Shown piece after piece: positions 48,921 to 58,521 of a stretch of DNA of 64,000 nt (its first letter is position 1; every line of letters begins with the position of its first letter). The DNA comes from Candidatus Undinarchaeales archaeon (lineage in GTDB: Archaea; SpSt-1190; JASMDC01). The notes beneath the pieces were generated by a model. The model saw only the letters and a list, made by a program, of their open reading frames with translations. It ran no database searches and was not told the DNA's origin. The position numbers were made by a program, and so were the translations under genes. The stretch lies in contig JASMDC010000007.1 in the NCBI GenBank assembly GCA_030753015.1, positions 1 to 64,000 on the forward strand, read 5' to 3'.

Positions 48921-50072
48921 CTACACGAACCGCTCCGGGTGTGCTTCGAAATACTTTTCGCCCATCCGCACGAGCACGAGCCCTGATCCGAGAAGCAAGG
49001 TGAACGAGATTGCCACGGGGGCTCCGAGCATTGGCGAGTACGCAAGCGTCGCCAGGCAGGCGGACGGGACCAACGCCACCACGCTCTCGGGGAGGGGAAG
49101 CGGGGTGAGGTTGACGACGAACACCGCCGACATGGCCCCGAAGTACACGAACCGCAGCTCCTGCCGCCCGGGGACCATCGCTGCCGCCGCCAGACCCACG
49201 CCCGCCAGTAGCAGTGCCAGGGATAGCGCGTACCCGATCATGAGCACCGGATGCGCCATGTGGACGCCTTGGGTCTCGAGGAGGACGATGTACAGTACCG
49301 CCTGCGTACAGGCCAGCATCAGGGCGCCGGTCACCTTACCGCGCACCACCGTCCCAGGCGACAGGGCGTGCACCAACGGTTCCAGCTTGTGGGTCTCGGT
49401 GTCCTGGCTCAGTGCTTCCATGAGCACGTCGCCGGCGTTGATGGCCAAGAACAGGAAGATGAACGGTACCAAAAAGCCGTAGAGCGCGTGTACGGGACGC
49501 ACCGAGCGCAGCGGGGGGGCGCCGCGGTCGTCGTCGGGCGCAGGCTCGTTCACGCCCGTCACCCGTACCTGGGGCACGGCGGGCACCTCCAGCAGCAACC
49601 GCTCGAAGCCCAGGGAATAAGAGAGCTCCACCAATGCTTCCTCGAGCCGGTTCCGGGAGTAGGAGGAGAGCAGGCTGCGCGGGTCGTGGATGAGCGATAT
49701 ACCCACGTGCACCGGCCGGTCCAGCTGGTCTCCCAGTTCCGGCGGGGGCACCAGGATGACCTCGATCCGTCCCTCCATGAACGCGAACTCCGCCTGGGTG
49801 AGGCTGTCGTACCCCCGGGCGTACAGCTGCTCGCGCTCGAGAAGGGCGTTTCCAACGGATGGACGCTCGCCGTACGTCACCACGCCGATCCGCCACCCGC
49901 CCGGCGGTTCCCCGGCCTCGGACGGGAACAGGAGCGCGGCATAGTTGTGGACGATGGCCTGGGCGAACACCACCATGAGCACCTGGAAGAAGAAAAGCAC
50001 CCAGAACGTCCGGTCTCGCAGGAGGCGCTGGAGCTCGCGCCAGCCAACGAGCGCAACCGGGCCTACATCCAC
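48921..50072 (-). CDS. ABC permease (NatB-like)
   Basis: RELQRLLRDR, large extracellular loop, five C-terminal TMs. Confidence 0.8.
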   Translation of the reverse strand: MDVGPVALVGWRELQRLLRDRTFWVLFFFQVLMVVFAQAIVHNYAALLFPSEAGEPPGGWRIGVVTYGERPSVGNALLEREQLYARGYDSLTQAEFAFMEGRIEVILVPPPELGDQLDRPVHVGISLIHDPRSLLSSYSRNRLEEALVELSYSLGFERLLLEVPAVPQVRVTGVNEPAPDDDRGAPPLRSVRPVHALYGFLVPFIFLFLAINAGDVLMEALSQDTETHKLEPLVHALSPGTVVRGKVTGALMLACTQAVLYIVLLETQGVHMAHPVLMIGYALSLALLLAGVGLAAAAMVPGRQELRFVYFGAMSAVFVVNLTPLPLPESVVALVPSACLATLAYSPMLGAPVAISFTLLLGSGLVLVRMGEKYFEAHPERFV

Positions 50073-51871
50073 ATCATCACCACCGCGAGGTTGTAGGCGC
50101 CATGCAGGAGCGTGGCCACCGCCAGCGCGAGGGAGGCGCGGCCGCTACGCAGGTAGACCAGCGCGAACACCGTGGTGCACAGGCCATGGACGACCAATGA
50201 CAAGGGGAGGATGGGGAGCAGGAGCAGGGTCTCGAGGGTCTGGGCGACGCCCTCAAGACCAACGAACGGTGTGATGAAAGCGACGTTGTACAGCTTCTCG
50301 AACACCAGGAACCCCACGCCAACCGCCAGGGCCAGGGGGACCACGTCGCCCGAGTTCGAGCGCAGGCGGCCGGCGCGGTGGAGCAGGAGGAACGCAGCAC
50401 CCTTCACGGCCTCCTCCACGCCCATCAGGACCGTGACTAAGAGGATGAACGGGACGCGGACCAGGGTGGCCAAGGCCACCACCGCCACCTCGCCCGCAAG
50501 CCCCAAGAACACTGTACCGGCACCGGTGAGTATGCCCAGCAGGAGCGATGGGCGGCCGGAGGGGAGAGACTCGCGGGTGGCGAGCACCAAAGCCTCCCAC
50601 AGGGTGTGGCCCCCCGTCACCGTCCCGCGGGCGGCGCCCAGCACGCCCAGCAGCATGGCCAGTGAGAACGCGCCGGGGAAGAACAGCGACAGCCCCACCT
50701 GCTCGGCGCCCGGTGGCTCGCCTCGGAGAACGTGAAGCACGGTGGTCAGCGGCGAGTAGAACGCAACGTCGTGCACACCGGAAAGCAGGGTGGGGAGCAG
50801 CAGGCCCACCGTCCCCAGGAAGTAGGCCACTGAAAGGCTGGCCGACATGGAGGCATAGGATGAGGTGGTGACGCACACCGCCGCCGTCAGGGCGAAGAAC
50901 GTCGCAACCACCGCCGTCGTGGCCAGCACGAGGAGGGGCAGCGACGCGCGGGCGGGGGGCGCAAGGACCACAGAGAGTGTCACGGGGACCGCCACCGCCA
51001 GCAGGGCGTGGGGGGCGGCCTTCCCGGCCATGATCGAGTGCTGGGGGACGTAGGCGGAGAGCACCTCGTACCCACCGCCCAGGCGCGAGCCGGTGAGCGA
51101 CACGCCGAAGGACGAGGCGAAGAACAGTATGGGGATGAGCATGCCCAGCGGTGCCATGAGGCCCGCGATGGGGTTGGTGCCGCCCGGCTGGGGGACGGCC
51201 AGCTCCTCACCCTCCTCAATGGTATCGGGCCGTGCCAGGCGGTCGCCAAGGGCGTCGGCGGCGTAGGCCTCGCCCGGGGGCCGGGCCACCAGGAGCGATG
51301 GATCGATGGACGGCGGTGCGGGCACGCTGCCGGGGCCGGGACGTACGTTACCGCTGGGCGTCTCCTCCCGTGGTATCGGACGGAAGCCTGTCCCGCGGTC
51401 CAGCGCGTCTGCATCGATGAGGAGCGGTGCCAGGAGCACGTCAGGGAGCGGTCGCTTGGCGGCCTCCTGCTCGAACAGCCGGCGGTTGGTGACCTCGAGC
51501 ACGTCGATCATCAGCCTGCGGAGGGCACGCGACCGGTGGGACCGGCCGAACTGCGCATGCACGTCCGCGTCGTCGGTCCAGAGGTAGCCGTCGATTCGTT
51601 CCCCGAGCAGTGCCGCGTGGGCGGTATCGCGATCGGCGAGAGCCATCATCTCGATCAGCGGTGACGCGAACAGCTCGTCGGCCCGGGGATCGCCCACCCG
51701 GCCCAGCCGGTACACGTCCCGGAGCGACGGGGGCTCGCGCTCCATGCTCGTCCGCATAGCGGAGAGCACTACCAGGGAGAGCAGCGGCACCGCCAGCAGC
51801 GCCAGGGAGAGCCGACGGGAGCCGGACAGCACCCGCGCTTCCTGGCGGGACAGCTCTATAGCGCCCCTCAG
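50063..51871 (-). CDS. ABC permease fused to PrsW-like intramembrane protease, possible CTG start
   Basis: Permease half plus EEAVK, GF..FEK, H and HGAYN PrsW motifs; CTGA overlaps the ATPase stop. Confidence 0.75.
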   Translation of the reverse strand: MRGAIELSRQEARVLSGSRRLSLALLAVPLLSLVVLSAMRTSMEREPPSLRDVYRLGRVGDPRADELFASPLIEMMALADRDTAHAALLGERIDGYLWTDDADVHAQFGRSHRSRALRRLMIDVLEVTNRRLFEQEAAKRPLPDVLLAPLLIDADALDRGTGFRPIPREETPSGNVRPGPGSVPAPPSIDPSLLVARPPGEAYAADALGDRLARPDTIEEGEELAVPQPGGTNPIAGLMAPLGMLIPILFFASSFGVSLTGSRLGGGYEVLSAYVPQHSIMAGKAAPHALLAVAVPVTLSVVLAPPARASLPLLVLATTAVVATFFALTAAVCVTTSSYASMSASLSVAYFLGTVGLLLPTLLSGVHDVAFYSPLTTVLHVLRGEPPGAEQVGLSLFFPGAFSLAMLLGVLGAARGTVTGGHTLWEALVLATRESLPSGRPSLLLGILTGAGTVFLGLAGEVAVVALATLVRVPFILLVTVLMGVEEAVKGAAFLLLHRAGRLRSNSGDVVPLALAVGVGFLVFEKLYNVAFITPFVGLEGVAQTLETLLLLPILPLSLVVHGLCTTVFALVYLRSGRASLALAVATLLHGAYNLAVVMMWM

Positions 51872-52779
51872 GGCGATGGCGCGTCCACCCCCCCGATCTC
51901 GCGGAAGAACACGTCGTCGAGCCCAGGCTCCTCGACGGACACGCGGACCACCTCGCCTGACCTGGACAGGCGGCCGGTGAGCGCGGCAAAGCCCGCTGGT
52001 GTCCCCCTGTACACTACCTGCCACCGGTCCCCGGGCAGACCCTCGATCTCCAGGTCCTTGCCTGTAGGCTCCTTCCCGAGCACCTCGAGCACGTACCGCC
52101 GTTCGGCGGCCAGCGCCTCCTTGAGCACGTCCTTTGGCCCGGCGGTCACCACACGGCCCTCGTTCATGATGACCACGTCGTCGCAGAGCCGGTCGGCGTC
52201 GAGGAGGAGGTGGGTGGAAACCAGCACCGTGCGCTCGCGCTTGAGCGACAGGAGCTCCTGGTTGAGCGCTACCGAGCTGGAAGGGTCGAGGCCCGAGGCC
52301 GGTTCGTCGAGGATGAGCACCGGCGGGTCGGGGAGCAGGGTGCGCGCAAGCTCCAACCGGCGGCGCAAACCCTTGGAGAGCGCCCGGGCGGGAAGCTCGG
52401 CGTGGCCCTGCAGGCCGTACTCGCGGACCAGGTCCTCGGCACGCGCCTCCAGGTCGGTCCCGCCCATCCCAAGGAGCCGGCCGAAGAACCGCAGGTACTC
52501 CAGGGGCGCCATGTCATCGTACACATGGCTCTCCTCGGGGAGGTAGCCCATGGCCTTGCGGGCACGCTGTCGGTCGGCCCGCACGTCGGCGCCGTCCAAC
52601 AGCACCGTACCATCGTCGGGGATGAGGATGCCGCAGATGCACCGGAGGGTGGTGGTCTTGCCGGCGCCGTTGGGGCCCAGTAGCACCGTTAGCGTCCCCT
52701 CCCTCGCGGTGAGGTCCACGTCGTGGAGCACCTCCCTGTCGCCGTACGACTTGCGCAGCTTGCGCACCTCGAGCCTCAT
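51868..52779 (-). CDS. ABC ATP-binding protein
   Basis: GPNGAGKTT, LSKGLRRR, LDEP, STH. Confidence 0.92.
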   Translation of the reverse strand: MRLEVRKLRKSYGDREVLHDVDLTAREGTLTVLLGPNGAGKTTTLRCICGILIPDDGTVLLDGADVRADRQRARKAMGYLPEESHVYDDMAPLEYLRFFGRLLGMGGTDLEARAEDLVREYGLQGHAELPARALSKGLRRRLELARTLLPDPPVLILDEPASGLDPSSSVALNQELLSLKRERTVLVSTHLLLDADRLCDDVVIMNEGRVVTAGPKDVLKEALAAERRYVLEVLGKEPTGKDLEIEGLPGDRWQVVYRGTPAGFAALTGRLSRSGEVVRVSVEEPGLDDVFFREIGGVDAPSP

Positions 52780-52846
52780 CCTCGACCCTCCATGGCGCTC
52801 ACCATATCGTTCACCGATTTAAAGGGAGTGGAAGGCGGTCGACCCC

Positions 52847-53584
52847 TCAATCCGCCTCGCGCACCTGCAAGTGGAACGCCGCCGAGTCGTACCACAAGTA
52901 GCAGTCGCCCTTCACATTCCCGTCGCACTCCCGTGCGGGCCGCTGTCGACAGCTCTCAGGCTCGCACGCGTCACATCCGGCCATCGGCTCCAGGCACCAG
53001 GTCGGATCGACCGGGTCCCACTTGCGGCACGCAGGCCGGTACTCGCACACGTCGACGTTGAACGCGTACCTGCCGTTGGGCGCCTCCAGCGGGTCGTCGG
53101 GGAAGGAGAGCGTCGTTCGGAGCGCGGCCGCCTCCTGCCCGTAGACCTCGATAAAGCCGGGGCCTGAGAACCAGGTGTTCGGGCTGCAGGTGGCGACCCC
53201 CTCCCAGCATTCCGCGGGGAGGTAGCGCCTGTACTTCTTCAGGACCGCCTCGTCAAGAGGTCCACGCCGCCCCTCCAGCGTCCTGAAGTCCCGGTCGATG
53301 GTATCCTCCCGCGAGCCGGGACCATCCAGGCGGAGCAGGTGCGGGTAGGCGCAAAAGCACCGGTCGTCGGGAGCGATGTTGTTGATCGCCACCTGGATGT
53401 CACGGCGCCCGCCACGTTCCATCTTGATGGATGTCGGGATGGAGAGCATGACCTTCTCATTCCTGTTGTGGACCGTGGGCGGTGGCGGCCTTGACGGCCT
53501 CACCGGCCGCTCCTCGGACACGGCAGCGTCCACCCACACCACCACCAGCACCAGGGGGACGCACACCAGCATGATGATGTCCAT
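52847..53584 (-). CDS. Membrane-anchored Cys-rich hypothetical protein
   Basis: N-terminal TM helix, Ig-like Cys-rich body. Confidence 0.6.
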   Translation of the reverse strand: MDIIMLVCVPLVLVVVWVDAAVSEERPVRPSRPPPPTVHNRNEKVMLSIPTSIKMERGGRRDIQVAINNIAPDDRCFCAYPHLLRLDGPGSREDTIDRDFRTLEGRRGPLDEAVLKKYRRYLPAECWEGVATCSPNTWFSGPGFIEVYGQEAAALRTTLSFPDDPLEAPNGRYAFNVDVCEYRPACRKWDPVDPTWCLEPMAGCDACEPESCRQRPARECDGNVKGDCYLWYDSAAFHLQVREAD

Positions 53585-53760
53585 GGTCGTGACCCCCTTG
53601 AGCAGCGAGCGCTTTCGTCCCGTCAGTTCCACCAGAAAGGACGACACTGGGGCGGTTGAAAAACACGGTGTTAGGGGTGATAGTGAGGGCGCTCACACCG
53701 CGCGAGTACCGGCACGCCGGCCTGCCGGCTTTCTTGACCCATGAGCGGCTAATCTCTACC

Positions 53761-54426
53761 ATGGCGCTTCCATGGGAGCACGGGGCCCGGCAGCCGTTCC
53801 TGGACCGGACCGATCCCTCCGATGTCCGCCGGGAGGCAGTGGCGCTTCCCCTGGCGCCCGGCCGGGTCACCGTGCTCCGACCCACCTCCTTCCCCGTGTC
53901 CCTGGCCCTGGCCAGGGCGGCGCTCGCGCCCGGGGGGGAGGTGCGGGCCGTTGTGGTCGACGGCGGTAACCGCTTCGATCCATCAGCCCTGGCGCGATGG
54001 GCACAGCACCTGGGCGCGCCGCCGCGGAGGGTGCTGGAGGCCGTGGCCGTGTCCCGGGCGTTCACCTGCCACCAGCTGGCCCGGCTCGTGACCGAAAGGC
54101 TGCCCCGGGAGCTGGCGGTCACCGGGGCGCGGCTGGTGGCGGTGCTGTCGCTGACCAGCTCGTTCACCGACGTGCCCGCACGGGAGGGCGTCGCCCTCTT
54201 CCGCCGCACCCTGGACGCCCTCGCCCGGGCGGTGCGTTACGCGAACGCCGCGTGCCTGGTCACCCTGGACCGGGAGCCCGAGGGGTACCTGGAACGACTG
54301 GCCCGGCGGCGTGCCGTGGCGTGCGCCGAACTGCTCCCGGGGCTGCGGCTCCAGCTGGAGGGAGGGCCTGCGGTGCCGCTGGGGGCGACACCCGCCCCCT
54401 TTCCCTGGGCTGTGGGTGGTGCCTGA
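53761..54426 (+). CDS. Inactivated RadA/RecA-like protein (iRadA) of the PolB2 cassette
   Basis: VDGGNRFDP, V.RAFTCHQL; no Walker A. Confidence 0.8.
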   Translation: MALPWEHGARQPFLDRTDPSDVRREAVALPLAPGRVTVLRPTSFPVSLALARAALAPGGEVRAVVVDGGNRFDPSALARWAQHLGAPPRRVLEAVAVSRAFTCHQLARLVTERLPRELAVTGARLVAVLSLTSSFTDVPAREGVALFRRTLDALARAVRYANAACLVTLDREPEGYLERLARRRAVACAELLPGLRLQLEGGPAVPLGATPAPFPWAVGGA

Positions 54427-54427
54427 C

Positions 54428-54706
54428 ATGGGCCGGACCGTGGCCACGTTCCGCCACCTGCTGGCAATCGAGGAGTCGCGCTGGCGCCCCTTCCGCGACG
54501 GGCTGCGGCGACGGGACCGGGAGGCCTTCGACCGGCTGTTCGACCTGGCCCGGGGCCACGCCGCTGCTGCCACCATGGCGGCCAGCCCGCTCGCCATGGA
54601 GCCGGTGGTGCTGGCGGTGCTCCTGGAGCACCAGAAGGCGCTCGAGCGGCTGACCGCGCGGCTGGCGGAGGTGGACGAGGGTGAGGGGGACCGGCTGGGT
54701 CCTTGA
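54428..54706 (+). CDS. PolB2-associated small protein (arCOG07300-like)
   Basis: MGRTVATFR......W.PFR..LR..DRE.FDRLF..AR.HA.A. Confidence 0.85.
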   Translation: MGRTVATFRHLLAIEESRWRPFRDGLRRRDREAFDRLFDLARGHAAAATMAASPLAMEPVVLAVLLEHQKALERLTARLAEVDEGEGDRLGP

Positions 54707-56795
54707 CATCCACGCCGACGGGGGCGAGGTCGCCCTCTGGGTGAAGCGCGAGCGGGGCGGTACCGTCCGCCTCGCAGCATCCTACCGTCCTCCCTTCTAC
54801 GTGCTCCCGCGGACGCAGTCCCTGGACCGGCTCCTTCCCCGCCTGCGCCAGCTCCCCGGGGTGGGCCGGGTGACGACGGCACGGCGCTCGGACGTGTGGA
54901 CCGGAAGTGAGGCCGCAGTGGCCGAGGTCCATCCCGCCGATCCGGCACGGATGAAGGCGACGGCGGCCCGGGTCCGCGACGACGTGGGGACGGCGGGAGA
55001 GGTGTGCACCTGCGACGTGGCGCACGAGACGCGGTTCCTCATCGAGCGGGGGCTGTTCCCCCTGGCCAGGGTGCGCTTTGCGGCCGACGACGACGGGCGG
55101 TTGCGTGACGTGGCGCTCGACGGCGACGCTGCCGATGCCATGGAGTACCCGGTGCCCCGTCTTGAGGTCGTGGAGGTGTCCCGTGGTAGGAGCGCACGGG
55201 CGGCCTGCATCGGCCGGGACCCGGACGTGGTGATCACCCGGGGACCCTGCGCCGACCTCCATCTGGTGTCCCGTGAGCCCGTGGAGGCCGTGCGACGGCG
55301 CGCGCGTTCCTACGTCTCCTACGGACGAGTGGTGTACAAGCCGCCGTTCCAGCACCTGCACGGCCGCTGGCACGTTGATGGCGACCATTCCTTCTTCGTG
55401 CGCCGGTGCGGGCTGGAGGGGCTCATCGAGCTCTCCCGGCTCTCCTGCATCACCCCCCAGCGCATGGCTCATACCTCGCCGGGCACGGCCATCAGCGCCA
55501 TGGAGGTGGCCACGGCGCTGCGGCACGGGATGCTGGTGCCCTGGCGCAAGGGCGAGCCCGAGGCGTTCAAGACCGCCTGGCAGCTGGTGCAGGCCGACCG
55601 GGGTGGCCTGGTGCTGGAGCCGGTGCCGGGCGCCGTGGAGCAGGTGGCGGAGATGGACTTCGCCTCCATGTACCCCACCATCATGGACCACCACAACATC
55701 TCGCCCGAGACCGTCCAGTGCACGTGCTGCGGGGACGACGGTAGTGCGACGGTGCCCGTGCTGGGCTACCATCTGTGCAGCAAGCGGCGCGGACTGGTGC
55801 CCGAGACCATCGCACCGCTCTTGGAGCGGCGGCGGCACTACAAGCGACGAGCGCGGGCCACGCGCGGTGCGATGCGCGTGGGGTACGAGCGGCGGCAGCA
55901 GGCGCTCAAGTGGATGCTGGTGACGTGCTTCGGGTACCTGGGCTACCGCAACGCCCGTTTCGGCCGGATCGAGGCACACGAGTCGGTGACCGCCTTCGGC
56001 CGGGACAAGCTCGTGCGCGCGGCGCGCATGGCCGAGGAGGCGGGCTTCGCGGTGGTGCACGGCATAGTGGACTGCCTGTGGCTGCGGCACGAGGATGGGG
56101 ACACCCTCGCGGGGCGGGAGGACGAGCTCGCCGACCTCATGTCGTCCATCGGCAGCGCAGTGGACGTGGAGCTGGAGCTGGAGGGGGTGTACGGGTGGCT
56201 GGCCTTCTCCCCCTCGCGCCTCCACCCCGGGGTCGCGGCGGCCAACCGCTACTTCGGCAGGTACGTCACCGGAGAGCTCAAGGTACGTGGGATCGAGTCG
56301 CGACGCAGGGACGCGCCGGGTGTGGTGCGCCGGCTCCAGGCACGTATCCTGGGCATCCTTGCTGGCTGCCCCGACCTTGCCGCGGTGCGCGACTCCCTGC
56401 CCGGTGCCGTGGAGGTGGTGCGCCTGGCCGTGGACGGGGTGCGGGCCGGTGACGTCCGGTCCGATGAGCTGGAGGTGTGCACGGTAGTGTCCCGCTCCGA
56501 CTACCGCGGCCGCTCGCCGACGGCGGTCGTGGCCACGGCACTGCGCGACGAGGGCGTCGAGCTCCTCCCCGGCCAGAAGGTGCGGTACGTGTGGGGTGCC
56601 GAGGGCCGGCCCGTGCCCGCGAGCGAGGCCGACGGGTACGCCCACGACCGGTACACTGAGCTTCTAATCAGGAGCGCGGGGACCCTTTTAGCGCCCTTCG
56701 GGCTCCCTGCCGAGGCGCTCGCCCGGCGCCTGGCCCCCGGCGGCCATCAGCTTACCCTTGCCGCGTGCGTCGCGCGCAGAAGACGGGCGCGGTGA
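54681..56795 (+). CDS. polB2: Family B DNA polymerase, PolB2 subfamily
   Basis: DFASMYP, KWMLVTCFGYLGY.NARFG.IEAHE, HGIVD in place of YGDTD, KVRGIE.RRRD; degenerate exonuclease. Confidence 0.9.
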   Translation: MRGTGWVLDIHADGGEVALWVKRERGGTVRLAASYRPPFYVLPRTQSLDRLLPRLRQLPGVGRVTTARRSDVWTGSEAAVAEVHPADPARMKATAARVRDDVGTAGEVCTCDVAHETRFLIERGLFPLARVRFAADDDGRLRDVALDGDAADAMEYPVPRLEVVEVSRGRSARAACIGRDPDVVITRGPCADLHLVSREPVEAVRRRARSYVSYGRVVYKPPFQHLHGRWHVDGDHSFFVRRCGLEGLIELSRLSCITPQRMAHTSPGTAISAMEVATALRHGMLVPWRKGEPEAFKTAWQLVQADRGGLVLEPVPGAVEQVAEMDFASMYPTIMDHHNISPETVQCTCCGDDGSATVPVLGYHLCSKRRGLVPETIAPLLERRRHYKRRARATRGAMRVGYERRQQALKWMLVTCFGYLGYRNARFGRIEAHESVTAFGRDKLVRAARMAEEAGFAVVHGIVDCLWLRHEDGDTLAGREDELADLMSSIGSAVDVELELEGVYGWLAFSPSRLHPGVAAANRYFGRYVTGELKVRGIESRRRDAPGVVRRLQARILGILAGCPDLAAVRDSLPGAVEVVRLAVDGVRAGDVRSDELEVCTVVSRSDYRGRSPTAVVATALRDEGVELLPGQKVRYVWGAEGRPVPASEADGYAHDRYTELLIRSAGTLLAPFGLPAEALARRLAPGGHQLTLAACVARRRRAR

Positions 56796-56810
56796 GCACT
56801 TGTAATGTCA

Positions 56811-57297
56811 GGCACGTATATATGCTATCCACACCATGACCCTTCTGAGGAAAATGGCAAACACGCCTCCCGGGGGGACGACAAAGGATGGGTCTCTCGT
56901 TTTTTTTCTGACCATCCTTGGCTGCCACCACCGCCCCCCGGGCCTCTTTCTCCCTTAACTTCTATCGGAAAGATGCCTTCGGAAGGTATTTATGCTATAC
57001 ACGACTAAATAGTATGGGGGGAATGATGGTCATTCTTCCCCCGGGGGACGGGATGGAAGGTTCACCTAATAATAGAATAATAGCACTTCTTAGTCTTCCT
57101 TTGGCTGCCACCTCCGCCCCCCGGCACTATTCTCCCCGTTCCTGATCCGAAAGGTAAATAGGCCATCCACACCTGATTAAGGACCGGGGGGAACGGGAAC
57201 CCAGTTCCTATGCTCTCCTGGGGGGCGGGATGGGGAAGTGCTGCCTATTTCTGTTTACGCTTTCTCGCTGCCACCCCCGCTCCCCGAACCTTCCCTG
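56811..57297 (+). ncRNA. Array of three promoter plus structured small-RNA units (~170-bp period)
   Basis: Conserved TATA-GCYATMCAC promoter, G-rich 5' hairpin, second hairpin with invariant GCTGCCACC and variable loop, pyrimidine tail. Confidence 0.6.
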
Positions 57298-57314
57298 ACC
57301 CAGAAGAACATGCA

Positions 57315-58451
57315 CTAGGCACGTTCATCGAGCAGGTCGGCGGCGGCCTCGAGGTCGAGCACGCGGTACTCGATTGTGAGGCTCTGCCAGGGGCGGAGGA
57401 CGTTGCTCGCTGCCTCGTGGCCCGAGGAAAGGAGCACCTCCTTGATCTCGTCGTTGGACAGTCCGTTGTACTGGGACTTGATGGCCGCCACGGCACCCGC
57501 CACCAGGGGTGCGGACATGGACGTGCCCGTCCATGTCGTGTAGCCGCCGGGGACCGGGGAGAGGATGTCCACGCCGGGCGCGACGATGTCGAAACCGAGG
57601 TTCGTGGAATTGTACAGGCGGTCCTTGTCCTCCCATGATGCGCCCGCGGTGAACACGTCGGGGCAGGAGCCGGGCGACGTCCTGCTGAGACCAGTCGCCG
57701 GATCGGCCGTCTCCCGGGCGTTGCCGGCGGACGCCACGAGGAACACTCCCGCGTCGTACACACGTGAGCATGCCTCGTTGATGAGGCGGTCCACTTCGGC
57801 CTTGGGCCGTCCCTCGAAGTCCTCTGCGGTCTCCATGCCGAAGGACATGTTGACTACGTCCATCCCGTCCGCCACGGCCTTGTCGAGTCCGCGCAGTGCG
57901 ACCGAGAACCCGTCATCGCCTTTGCCCGTGACGACCTTGTAGCTGTACAGCTCGGCCTCGGGCGCGATGGTGTGGACGATACCGGCGACGTGCGTGCCGT
58001 GGCCGTGGTCGTCGTACGGGTCGGGTTTGTCGTAGACGAGGTCGGTGAACCCGCGGTAGGCGTCGATGAGGTAGGGGTGGGACGCGTCGATGCCCATGTC
58101 GAGGATGCCCACCTTCACACCTTCACCGGTGAGCCCCCGGGCGTTCGCCTCGGCGGCGTGCACACGCCGGTAGCCCCAACCCTGGGCCACGTCCTGTGGT
58201 CCGACGCCAGTGGCGAGCTCGTAGGGCCGGTCGCTGTGCGTGATGGTGATCGCGCGTTCGTCACCGTAACAGGTGATGACCCCAGCTGTCCGGAGGTCGG
58301 CGAGCTCCCTGGCATCGGCATCCATAACGAGTGCGGCGTTCAGTGACGTGTACGCCTCCTCGACGGCGAGACCATGGGACGCGAGATCGTACGCGCCATG
58401 ACCCTGCTCCAAGAACACGACAGTGCGCTCGACACCTGCAAGCTCCACCAT
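57315..58451 (-). CDS. S8 subtilase (no signal peptide)
   Basis: ILDMG, HGTHVAG, SAGN, GTSMSAP. Confidence 0.92.
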   Translation of the reverse strand: MVELAGVERTVVFLEQGHGAYDLASHGLAVEEAYTSLNAALVMDADARELADLRTAGVITCYGDERAITITHSDRPYELATGVGPQDVAQGWGYRRVHAAEANARGLTGEGVKVGILDMGIDASHPYLIDAYRGFTDLVYDKPDPYDDHGHGTHVAGIVHTIAPEAELYSYKVVTGKGDDGFSVALRGLDKAVADGMDVVNMSFGMETAEDFEGRPKAEVDRLINEACSRVYDAGVFLVASAGNARETADPATGLSRTSPGSCPDVFTAGASWEDKDRLYNSTNLGFDIVAPGVDILSPVPGGYTTWTGTSMSAPLVAGAVAAIKSQYNGLSNDEIKEVLLSSGHEAASNVLRPWQSLTIEYRVLDLEAAADLLDERA

Positions 58452-58521
58452 GCTGGCGCTGCTGGCGAGGGTGCTTTTATTCCTTCCCCGGGGGACGGGG
58501 CGTGGGCCGTCCTGTCACGGA

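Noticed and set aside
54237-56645. Long antisense and off-frame ORFs (e.g. 802 aa opposite polB2, 546 aa opposite tldD, 403 aa opposite DUF4139)
   Set aside because: Expected shadows of GC3-rich coding strands; no motifs.
56805-57300. Small peptides or type I toxins encoded by the three-unit array
   Set aside because: Short ORFs exist, but no frame, start or sequence is conserved across all three units, whereas pairing is.
58483-58500. CCCCGGGGGACG similar to the array stem (also ~26841)
   Set aside because: Lacks the complementary arm and GCTGCCACC; short GC-rich match within promoter or UTR, probably coincidental.
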